A DNA stretch of 64,000 nucleotides, taken from an uncultured delta proteobacterium (lineage in GTDB: Bacteria > Myxococcota > UBA727 > VGSZ01). Shown one piece after another: positions 25,811-36,057 of the stretch. Position 1 is the stretch's first letter. Every line of letters starts with the position of its first letter. The DNA lies in NCBI GenBank assembly GCA_963775425.1, contig CAVZJB010000006.1, positions 99,898 to 163,897 on the forward strand. The letters are read 5' to 3'. Under the pieces are notes generated by a model that did not search any database, was not told the origin of the DNA, and worked only from the letters and a program-made list of their open reading frames with translations. Position numbers and translations under genes: made by a program.

Positions 25811-27948
25811 TTGGCCGGATCAAAACAGGAAGCTCGCGCGGCCCCCGCTCAGCCGGGGCCGGCCGGGCAGGGAGCGGGGGTCACGCCCGCTGCGTTCACG
25901 CTCGTCCACTCGGTGATCGGCAAGAAGAGCACGCTCTTTCCGCCGACGCGGCTGATGAACCCGGTGACGTACATCGGGCGCACGCCGGGCAACGACATCA
26001 TCCTCGAGAGCGACAACGTCTCCCGCCGCCACGCCAAGCTCGTCGTCGGTGACACCGGGATCACCGTCCACGACCTCGACAGCCACAACGGCATCTTCCT
26101 GAACGGCAAGAAGGTGCGCTCCACGCCCGTCAATGTCGGCGACCTCCTGTACGTCGCCGACATCTGCATCGAGCTCAAGAAGAGCCCCGACGCCGACCAG
26201 TTCGCGCACCAGCCGTCGCGGATCGCGTCCCATGACGAGATCACCGGGGAGGAGGACCCGGCGGTCCGCTCGCTGGCCACGCTCCTGCGCGCCACCGAGC
26301 TCATCAGCGGCGACGACGACGAGGCCTGGCCGGTGCAGGCCATCGAGCTGTGCCGCGAGCTCACCGAGGCCACCGTCGCGGTCCTCGTGGCCGTCGACAG
26401 CGACGGCGCGCTCGAGACGCCGGTGGTGCTGCAGCCGGAGAACAACCGCAAAGGCGAGGTCCCCGTCCTGTGGCCCATCGTCAAGAAGGCGCTGGACGAG
26501 GGGACCGCGCAGTTCTCGGCGGACATGAGGCGCGAGCCAATCTCCAAAGACGAGTCGGTGGTGAAGAGCGACGTCGGCGCGGTGATGTGCGTGCCGGTGC
26601 TCGTCGACGGCCAGAGCGACGGCGCCGTCTACCTGGCGCGGCCGTCGCCGGGCCAGGTGTTCACCGAGCGCGAGCTCGAGGCCGTCTCCGCCGTCACCCA
26701 GCTCTTCGCGCTGCGGCGCCGGCGCTCGCAGAAGGCCGCGTACGACTTCGAGCCCCACGGCGACATCGTCACCGCCCGCGCCAAAGCCGAGGCCGCAGAG
26801 GAGAAGCTGCGCGAGGCGCAGAGCGACGTGCGCTCGCTCACCGAGCGCATCCACGGCCTCGAGGCCGACGCGCTCAAGCTCCGTCAGCAGATCGACATCG
26901 AGAAGCAGAACGCCGTCGAGGCCAAGCGCGAGGCCGACCGCGGCCGCGCGGAGGCGCACAAGCTCGAGCAGGGGCTGCACAAGACCGACGAGGACGTGAA
27001 GAAGCTGAAGGACGCCCTCGTGCGCAGCGAGGAGGAGCGCCAGCGGCTCAAGGAGACCCTCAAGGAGCGCAACGCGGAGCTCGACAAGCTGCGCGATGCG
27101 GTGAAGCAGAGCGAGGCCGACCAGGAGCAGCTCCGCAGCGAGATCGCCGACCACGTCCGCCGCGGCCAGGCGGGGGACGACGACCTCAAGGCCAGGCTCG
27201 ACCAGCTCGAGCAGGAGCGCGCGGCGCACGAGGCCACCAAGAAGGAAGCCGACGAGATGCGCGACGGCTTCGAGAAGGCGGTGGCGGAGCAGGCGGCCAC
27301 CGTGGAGTCGCTCAAGCAAGCCATGCGCGCCACGGCGCCGCCCATGCTCGCCGACCACGTCGAGGGCGCGGCCGTCGAGGGAAAGCCCCTCGTCACCGAC
27401 GTCGCCACCGGCACCATCGCCGCGCTCTACATCACCCTCCACGGCTTCGACGCGTGGGCGCAGTCGGCCGAGCCGGCCGCGGTGAAGAAGCGGCTCGACC
27501 ACTTCTGCAACTCCGTCGCGCTGCGCGCGAAGGCGAACGGCGGCCGCGTGCAGCAGGTGCTCGGCAGCGCCCACCTCGTGGTCTTTCCCGCCGACGCCGC
27601 CAGCGTCCGCGCCGCCGTGCGCTGCGGGCTCGAGATCGAGTCGCTGGTCCCGGTGGAGGACGGCGTGGGCGTCGGTTGCGCGCTCCACGTCGGCGGCTCG
27701 TCGTCGGGCTTCTTCGGCGAGGGCGACAGCGCCACCCTGGTGGAGGCCGGCGAGGCCCTCTCGGTGGCCCGCGGCGTCGGGGCGCTCGCCCACGAGCCGC
27801 TGTTCTACGCCACGCAGGCCGTGCAGAAGCTCGTCACGGGTGATCCCACCTTCGCCTTCGCCATCGCCGGCCCCGCCGCGCTGGTCGGCGGACCCACGGT
27901 CTTGCTCTTCAGGGTATCCTCGGCGGAAGGCGCGGGAGGGGGCGCCGC

Positions 27949-27952
<4 letters not shown>
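25811..27952 (+). CDS. FHA - GAF - coiled-coil - degenerate class III cyclase-like multidomain protein
   Basis: FHA: YIGRTPGNDIILESDNVSRRHAKLVV...HDLDSHNGIFLNG. GAF-like: VMCVPVLVDGQSDGAVYLARP...FTERELEAV. About 200 aa of heptad-rich sequence follow. The C-terminal cyclase-like fold (IAALYITLHGFDAW...GSAHLVVF) has both metal Asp positions substituted. The TTG start at 25811 is the only start codon upstream of the FHA core. Confidence 0.8.
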
Positions 27953-30042
<2,090 letters not shown>

Positions 30043-30057
30043 ACCGCGGCCGCGCCC

Positions 30058-30117
30058 GATCCAAGCGGCGATCCAAGCGGCGATCCAAGCGGCGATCCAA
30101 GCGGCGATCCAGGCGGG
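30058..30117. repeat. 12-bp tandem repeat, 4 perfect copies plus 1 degenerate, in a convergent intergenic spacer
   Basis: GATCCAAGCGGC occurs x4 (30058-30105) and is followed by GATCCAGGCGGG. The array lies between the kinase stop (30042) and the stop of the minus-strand gene (30142). Confidence 0.9.
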
Positions 30118-30141
30118 CGCGAGCCCCCTAAACCGACGGCG

Positions 30142-30585
30142 TCACTCGACGGTGATCGGGACGGTCACGCGATCCGTCATGCGCTGGCACCAGGCGTCGG
30201 TGCAGATGAAGAAGCTCACCTTGGCGTCGATGGACGCCGCGCCCGCCTTGCCCGCGCGGAACGTGGTGCGCACCTCGGGGGCGGCGCTCTTCTTGTCGAC
30301 GATATCGCCGCGGCTGAGCTTCGGCTTTTGCGGCGTCACGCCCTTGGCGTTTTCGAACACGACGTCGAGGGGCGCCTCCGGGTGGATCTTCTTGCCGTTC
30401 TTCGGCCGGATGACGAGGTCGAACTTGCCGGTGGCGCCGGCCTTGACCGTGGTGTCCGTGCCGCTGAGGTCGAGGGTGTAGTCGTCCTTGGTGGCCTTCT
30501 CTTCGGCGGCGGGCGCGGCGTTCACGGGGCCGGCGGCGGCGAGGGGCGCGGCGGCGAGGGCGAGGGCGAGGGCGATGCGGTTCAT
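30142..30585 (-). CDS. secreted protein, DsbD N-terminal (DsbD_N)-like
   Basis: ATG 30585 is preceded by GAGGAG. The signal peptide is MNRIALALALAAAPLAAAGPVNA. It is a beta-rich body with the C-terminal FFICTDAWCQ pair of Cys, which resembles the yQaC.d..C motif of DsbD_N domains. Confidence 0.6.
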   Translation of the reverse strand: MNRIALALALAAAPLAAAGPVNAAPAAEEKATKDDYTLDLSGTDTTVKAGATGKFDLVIRPKNGKKIHPEAPLDVVFENAKGVTPQKPKLSRGDIVDKKSAAPEVRTTFRAGKAGAASIDAKVSFFICTDAWCQRMTDRVTVPITVE

Positions 30586-30641
30586 GGAGCTCCTCACGGT
30601 TCGGACGCGCAGGCGCCCGGTTTGATTCAAAGGCGGTCGCC

Positions 30642-31713
30642 TCATTCGAGGGCGGCGCCGAGCCTCTCGATGAGCGCCCGGGCGTCCGGTGTCAGGGCTT
30701 TCGGCACGCGCAACTGGACGGTGACGAGGACGTCGCCGGCCTTGTCACCGCCGAGCCGCGGCATGCCGCGGCCGCGGATGCGGAACACCTGCCCCCCCTG
30801 CGTGCCGGCGGGGATGGTCATGACCGCGCTGCCGTCGGGGAGGGGGACCTCGGCGCGCCCGCCGAGCAAGGCGTCCTTGATGCCGATGCGCAGCGTGGTC
30901 TTCAGAATCGGCGCCGCTGCGCTCGAAGCGCGCGTCGCCGCCGACGTCGACGACGACGTAGAGGTCGCCGGGCGCGCCGCCGTTCTTCCCCGCTTCGCCG
31001 CGGCCCTTCAGGCGGAGCTTGGTGCCGGTGTCGACGCCGGCGGGCACCGTGACCTTGAGGCGCTCCTTCTCGCGGCGCGTGCCCTCGCCCGCGCACGCCT
31101 TGCACGTGTAGCGGCGGATGGTGCCGAGGCCGTCGCAGCGCGGGCAGGTGCGCTTGAGCGGGAACGTGCCCCCTTTGGTGCCCGTGCCGTCGCACGCCGG
31201 GCAGGTCTCCGGGGGCTTGTCCTTCGGGTAGCCCTTGCCGTCGCAGGTGGCGCAGGGGCGGCCGAGCTCCATCTCGAGCATCTTGTCGCAGCCCGTCGCG
31301 GCCTCGGTGAGCGTGATGTCGAGGGTGTGCTCGACGTCGACGCCGGGCTCCGGCCCGGCGTTGCGCTTCTGGTTCCTGCGCAGCACCTCGCTGAACGCGT
31401 CGGCGAAGCCGGCGAACGGCGGGTCCGGCGCCGACGACGACGACGGCGCGCCGAACAGGTCGTAGCTCCGGCGCCGCTTGGGATCCGAGAGGACGTCGTA
31501 GGCCTCGGTGATGAGCTTGAAGCGCTCCGTGGACTTCGGGTCGTCGCCGGTGACGTCCGGGTGGAGCTGGCGCGCGAGCTTGCGGTAGGCGCGCTTGATC
31601 TCGGCTTCGCTGGCTCCCTTGGGGACGCCGAGGGTGCGGTAGTAATCACGGACGGCAGCCACGGCGGAAACGTAAGGCAGGCGACGTCGACGCGCCACCC
31701 CCGGCCGTGACAT
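30642..31713 (-). pseudogene. dnaJ: DnaJ-family chaperone (J domain + 4x CxxCxGxG zinc finger + C-terminal domains) interrupted by a 1-nt frameshift near 30906
   Basis: The J domain is DYYRTLGVPKGASEAEIKRAYRKLARQLHPD. The zinc fingers are CATCDGKG, CPACDGTG, CPRCDGLG and CKACAGEG. After ...ARFERSGAD the frame becomes Arg/His junk. The expected continuation LKTTLRIGIKDALLGGRAEVPLPDGSAVMTIPAGTQGGQVFRIRGRGMP... is in the neighbouring frame (ORF 30642..30869). The true start is probably GTG 31662. Confidence 0.8.
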
Positions 31714-31724
31714 GTTGGGCGCCG

Positions 31725-32717
31725 ATGACCGACGGTTGGGACGAGCGCACCGAGGCGATCCCGGGCCACAAGGGCGACAAGTCCTTCGAGCTCGAGCTCG
31801 ACTTCGACGAGGACGTCGAGCTCGAGGAGACGCAGGCGCTGCAACGCCCGACCGTCGTCGTCTTCGAGCCCGCCCCCATCGGGCTCGCCCACGCGCTCTC
31901 GGTCCTCGGGTACTCGGTGCAAAAGGGCGTCACCGGCGTCGACGTCATGGGCCTCGTGGCGTCGCAGGCGCCGGCCGTCGTCGTGTGCGCGCCGGCGCCC
32001 GACCCGGAGCGGCGGCGCCTGCTGGCAGCCGCGCTGCGCCTGCGCTTTCCGGGGCTGCCCGTGATCTACGTGTCCACGCACGCGCGGCAGGAGGAGGCCG
32101 TCGTCGGCGCCGTGCGCGAGGGCGCGCGCGCGGTCATCGCGTGGCCGCTGCCGGCGTCCGAGGACGTCGCCCGCGTCCTCGGCCCGTACGTGCAGGCGGA
32201 CGGCGCGCTCGCCGTCGACGAGGACGCGATGGTCACGCCGCCGCGACCGCTCACCCGCCCCCGGGACCTGCGCCGCCCGCCGCCCCGCGGCGCCGGCACG
32301 CTCGTGGAAAAGACCGCGCCGGCGTCGTCCGAGGACGCTTCGTTCGAAGACGTGGCCACCCAGGTGACCTCGCCGCCACCGCCGCCGGAGCTGCCGGCGA
32401 GCGCGCTCAGGCCGATGCCGGTGTCCCTCCCGTCCAACCGCAACCTGCTGTTGGGCTCCGACGAGCCCAACACCCAGCCGAACCTGCGCCCAGCCGCCGT
32501 CGTCGCCGAGGAGGCCGCCGCCGACAAGCGCGGCGAGATCGGCCAGCTCCTCGCGGCGGTCTCGCCGTTTTTGTGGTCCCTCGAGGACGCCGCGCGCTGG
32601 GCCGAGGGCCTCGCCGACGCCGGCGACTCCGCCGCACGGAACCACGCGCGCGCGATGCACCTGCTGGCCAAGATCCTCGCCCAGCTCCAGGCCCGCATCG
32701 ACGAGACCGGCGCCTAG
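31725..32717 (+). CDS. hypothetical protein with a receiver-like alpha/beta segment lacking a clear acidic pocket
   Basis: It begins MTDGWDERTEAIPGHKGDKSFELELDFDEDVELEE, followed by VVVFEPAPIGLAHALSVLGYSV...AVVVCAPAPD...PVIYVST. The C-terminal part is Pro-rich and then helical. Confidence 0.6.
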   Translation: MTDGWDERTEAIPGHKGDKSFELELDFDEDVELEETQALQRPTVVVFEPAPIGLAHALSVLGYSVQKGVTGVDVMGLVASQAPAVVVCAPAPDPERRRLLAAALRLRFPGLPVIYVSTHARQEEAVVGAVREGARAVIAWPLPASEDVARVLGPYVQADGALAVDEDAMVTPPRPLTRPRDLRRPPPRGAGTLVEKTAPASSEDASFEDVATQVTSPPPPPELPASALRPMPVSLPSNRNLLLGSDEPNTQPNLRPAAVVAEEAAADKRGEIGQLLAAVSPFLWSLEDAARWAEGLADAGDSAARNHARAMHLLAKILAQLQARIDETGA

Positions 32718-34193
32718 CTACAGCACGACCTTCTGCCAGCCGCCGGACCAGAACTTGATCCCGGTGGCCGTCAGCAAGGCCGCGGCGTAGCAGGCGGTGG
32801 CGTACCAGCAGCCGATGAGGCCCTGGTCGAGGACGATGGCGAAGACGTACGCGAGCGGGACGAGACACGTGAAGTGCAGCGTGAACTCGACCACCATGAC
32901 GAAGCGCGACTTGCCGGCGCCGTAGAGCGCCTGTGTCAACACGAGGGCGCCGGCGGCGAGGGGGGCGATGACGCCGCAGAAGCGCAGGCTGCGGGTGGCG
33001 ATGACGATGACGGCGTCCTTGAGCGCCTCGTTGCGCGTGGCGTCGGCGGGCATGAACAGGCGCAGCACAGGCTCGGGGAACAGCGACAACAGCACGCCGA
33101 CGCCGGACATGACGAGCACGATGACCAGGACGCTCTGCCACCCGTAGCGCGCGGCGAGGCCCGGCTTCTTGGCGCCGAGCGACTGTGACACCAGCGTGGC
33201 CGTCGACGTGCCGAACGCGATGCACGTCATGAAGATCACCATGGTGACGCTGATGATGAGCTGTGTCGCCGACGTGTTCACGCCCGCGAGGTGCTCGCGC
33301 GCGTCGATCTGCCCCACGATGCCGTAGAACAGCAGGAAGCCCGTCATCACGAAGGTGGTCGCGCAGCCCGAGAAGAACGACAGGCGCGCGACGGTTCGCG
33401 CGATCTCTCCGTCGAGGTTCTTCATGCGAAAGACGCGGAACTGCCGGCGGTCTTCGGCGCGCAGCGCCCACATGAGCATCATGATCGTGCCCGCGGAGCT
33501 CGCGATGACCGCGGCCCAGGCGGCGCCGACGACCTCGAGGCGCGGCGCGCCGAGGTGGCCGAACACGAACACCCAGCACAAAAGCGCGTTCAGGATGTTC
33601 ATCAGGATGGCGACGGTCATGTGCACGCGCACCCGGCCGATGCCGTCGTAGAAGCTCTTCATCGACGTGATGAGCACGAGCGGGATGATGCCGAGCAGGC
33701 GGACCCGGCAAAACGACACGCCCAGCTCGCGCACCTCTTCGTCCGCGGAGAGGTGCTTGATGATCATGGGACACACGGCCAGCGCCACCGCGGTCACCAG
33801 CACCGACGAGATGGTCGCGAGCGCGAGCGAGTTGCTGAGGACGCGGCCCGCGCCGGTGACGTCGCCGCCGCCGTAGCGGCGCGCGGTGAGCGCCTGCGTG
33901 CCGACGGCGATGGCGGAGAGGAAGCCGCCGAAGCCCCAGTAGATGATGATGGAGAAGCCGAGCGCGGCGGTGCCGGCGACGGCGGTGCGCTCCGGCAGCC
34001 TGCCGACGAAGATGGTGTCCACCTGGTTGATCGCGGTCTGCGTGAGCATGCCGATGATGACCGGCAGCCCGAGGGCGATGATGCGCTTGAGGAGCACCGG
34101 CTCGAAAAAGAGCACCCGTGCTGTGAGGCCGGGATCGCTCACCAGCGTCGACGGAACGGTGCCTACGAGGGCGGTTGTCGACGGTTGCTCCAC
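32718..34193 (-). CDS. MATE family efflux transporter
   Basis: 491 aa with 12 predicted TM segments. The N-terminal block is typical of MATE (LLKRIIALGLPVIIGMLTQTAINQVDTIFVGRL). Its stop TAG directly abuts the TAG of the convergent gene. Confidence 0.9.
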   Translation of the reverse strand: MEQPSTTALVGTVPSTLVSDPGLTARVLFFEPVLLKRIIALGLPVIIGMLTQTAINQVDTIFVGRLPERTAVAGTAALGFSIIIYWGFGGFLSAIAVGTQALTARRYGGGDVTGAGRVLSNSLALATISSVLVTAVALAVCPMIIKHLSADEEVRELGVSFCRVRLLGIIPLVLITSMKSFYDGIGRVRVHMTVAILMNILNALLCWVFVFGHLGAPRLEVVGAAWAAVIASSAGTIMMLMWALRAEDRRQFRVFRMKNLDGEIARTVARLSFFSGCATTFVMTGFLLFYGIVGQIDAREHLAGVNTSATQLIISVTMVIFMTCIAFGTSTATLVSQSLGAKKPGLAARYGWQSVLVIVLVMSGVGVLLSLFPEPVLRLFMPADATRNEALKDAVIVIATRSLRFCGVIAPLAAGALVLTQALYGAGKSRFVMVVEFTLHFTCLVPLAYVFAIVLDQGLIGCWYATACYAAALLTATGIKFWSGGWQKVVL

Positions 34194-34353
34194 GCGTCCG
34201 CTGTCCTATCCGACGGGTCGCCGGCCGGCAAGCAGCGCGGCGGAGCGGAATGAACAACAGCGACGGAGGTTTATCGCCGCGCACGGATTTTTTCCGGTTG
34301 CGGTGTGGAGGAATCTGGCCGTACGGTGCCCGCGCAAGATCAGGGGTTTGTCG

Positions 34354-35097
34354 ATGTCGCATGCCTGCCGGTTGGCCGCTCTCGCCCTCGCCCTCTCCCT
34401 CGGTGGCGCCTTCCTGGCCGCCTGTCCCGGGCCGGAGTACCCGAAGTGCGAAAAGGACGACCAGTGCAAGAAGAACAAGGACGGCAAGGCCATCAACGAG
34501 TACTGCCTGTTCGGCAAGTGCCAGCAGTGCGCGAAGGACTCGCACTGCGCCGCCGGTGAGCGCTGCAACAAGGGGCGCTGCGAGAAGGCGTGCACGGCGG
34601 ACACCCAGTGCGGCGCCGGTCAGATCTGCGAGGAGGCCGCGTGTGTCCCGGCCCAGTGCGGACCCTCCAAGCCCTGTGGCGGCGGCATGAGCTGCGACGC
34701 GGGCCGCTGCAAGGCGCCGACGACGACGCCGACGACGACGACGGACACCGGCACGGCGGTCGACTGCCAGAAGAAGCAGACGGTGCACTTCGACTTCAAC
34801 ATGTCGGATCTGCAGCCCCAGGCCCGCGAGGTCCTCGACACGTTCGCCAAGTGCATGCAGAAGAACGCGGACTGGAAGCTCACCATCGAGGGCCACTGCG
34901 ACGAGCGCGGCACCACGGACTACAACCTCGCCCTCGGAGAGCGCCGCGCGAGCTCCGTGAAGGACTACATGGCGCGCCTGGGCGTCGAGAAGTCGCGCAT
35001 CAAGACCATCTCCTACGGCGAGGAGAAGCCCCTCGATCCGGCGTCCACCGAGGCGGCGTGGGCGAAGAACAGGCGCGCCGAGCTGGTGGTGCAGTGA
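34354..35097 (+). CDS. pal: peptidoglycan-associated lipoprotein (Pal/OmpA family) with a ~95-aa Cys-rich insertion
   Basis: The lipoprotein signal is MSHACRLAALALALSLGGAFLAAC. Four repeats of a D..C..G..C..G.C type follow, then a PTTTPTTTT linker, then an OmpA-C domain (TDYNLALGERRA, NRRAELVV). Confidence 0.9.
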   Translation: MSHACRLAALALALSLGGAFLAACPGPEYPKCEKDDQCKKNKDGKAINEYCLFGKCQQCAKDSHCAAGERCNKGRCEKACTADTQCGAGQICEEAACVPAQCGPSKPCGGGMSCDAGRCKAPTTTPTTTTDTGTAVDCQKKQTVHFDFNMSDLQPQAREVLDTFAKCMQKNADWKLTIEGHCDERGTTDYNLALGERRASSVKDYMARLGVEKSRIKTISYGEEKPLDPASTEAAWAKNRRAELVVQ

Positions 35098-35981
35098 CCC
35101 GTCTTTGGCGCGTGTGCTGCGCGGCGGCTGCGTCGGCGGCGATCGTCGCCGGGGGCTGCGTGACGACGAGGGCGGAGGGCGAGACCCTCAAGCGCGACAT
35201 CGCCGCGCTCAAGAGCCAGGTCGCCGCGGTGCAGCGCCAGGAGTCGGACGCAAAGACCAAGGATCGCGCGCAGCTCGACGAGCTCGACAAGCGCGTCGCC
35301 GCGCTCGAGCAGACGCTGTCCACGCTCAGGCAGGCCGACGCCGACACCGGTGTGCAGCTCGACAAGGTGGTCGCCGAGGTGCAGTCCCTGCGCGGCGACG
35401 TCGAGACCGCCAAGCACGGCCTCGAGGAGACGACGGCGTCGGTGCAGAGCATCCTCGCGCACCCGCCGGTGGCGGTGGCCGCGGGCGGTGCCACGGCGCC
35501 CAAGGAGGCCGACCCGAACAAGCCGGTGACCATCGCCGGCCAGGAAGTGCCCGCGGACGCCAAGGCGCACTACGACTTCGCGAAGAAGCTCTACGACGAA
35601 AAGAAGTTCCAGGACGCCGCCGACGCGTTCGACCTCTTCCTGCGCCGCCACAGCGCGGACGCGCCCGACTTCAAGACCAACGCCGCCTACTGGAAGGCCG
35701 ACAGCACCTACCAGCTCGCGGACTCGTTGAAGGATCCCGAGGCCAAGAAGAAGGCGCTCAAGCAGGCCATCCTCGCGTACCAGACGGTGCTCGAGGACCC
35801 GAAGAGCAAGAAGGCCGACGTCGCCCTCTACAAGGTGGGCCAGGCCTTCGAGGACCTCGAGTTCAAGGACGAGGCCGGCACGTTCTACGAGGAGCTCTTG
35901 AAGAAGTACCCCAAGAGCATCTACGCCAAGGACGCCAAGTCCCGGCTGCGCAAGCTCAAGCGCTCCCGCCACCACCGCTGA
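35094..35981 (+). CDS. ybgF: Tol-Pal system protein YbgF/CpoB-like (coiled coil + TPR)
   Basis: The GTG at 35094 overlaps the pal stop (GTGA). It has a signal/lipobox-like N-terminus (AAIVAGGC), a coiled-coil segment, and C-terminal TPR-like repeats (AHYDFAKKLYDEKKFQDAADAF..., ALYKVGQAFEDLEFKDEAGTFYEELLKKYPKS). Confidence 0.8.
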   Translation: MTRLWRVCCAAAASAAIVAGGCVTTRAEGETLKRDIAALKSQVAAVQRQESDAKTKDRAQLDELDKRVAALEQTLSTLRQADADTGVQLDKVVAEVQSLRGDVETAKHGLEETTASVQSILAHPPVAVAAGGATAPKEADPNKPVTIAGQEVPADAKAHYDFAKKLYDEKKFQDAADAFDLFLRRHSADAPDFKTNAAYWKADSTYQLADSLKDPEAKKKALKQAILAYQTVLEDPKSKKADVALYKVGQAFEDLEFKDEAGTFYEELLKKYPKSIYAKDAKSRLRKLKRSRHHR

Positions 35982-36049
35982 TCAAGCGCGGCCGCTCCCT
36001 CCGGTCGCTGATCAAGCGCGGCCGCTCCCTCCGGTCGCTGATCAAGCGC
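35978..36049. repeat. 30-bp tandem repeat (2.4 copies) that begins inside the ybgF stop codon
   Basis: CTGATCAAGCGCGGCCGCTCCCTCCGGTCG occurs at 35978-36007 and 36008-36037, with a partial copy at 36038-36049. Each unit carries TGA in the ybgF frame and a GCGGCCGC palindrome. The repeat fills most of the 76-nt convergent spacer. Confidence 0.9.
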
Positions 36050-36057
36050 AGAGCGGG

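Noticed and set aside
32407-34896. An 829-aa minus-strand ORF spanning the MATE and pal region
   Set aside because: It is off-frame to the MATE transporter and antisense to pal, and it is Arg-rich junk.
30058-36049. Whether the 12-bp and 30-bp tandem repeats could be CRISPR arrays
   Set aside because: The repeats are directly tandem with no spacers, there are very few copies, and no cas genes are in the window.
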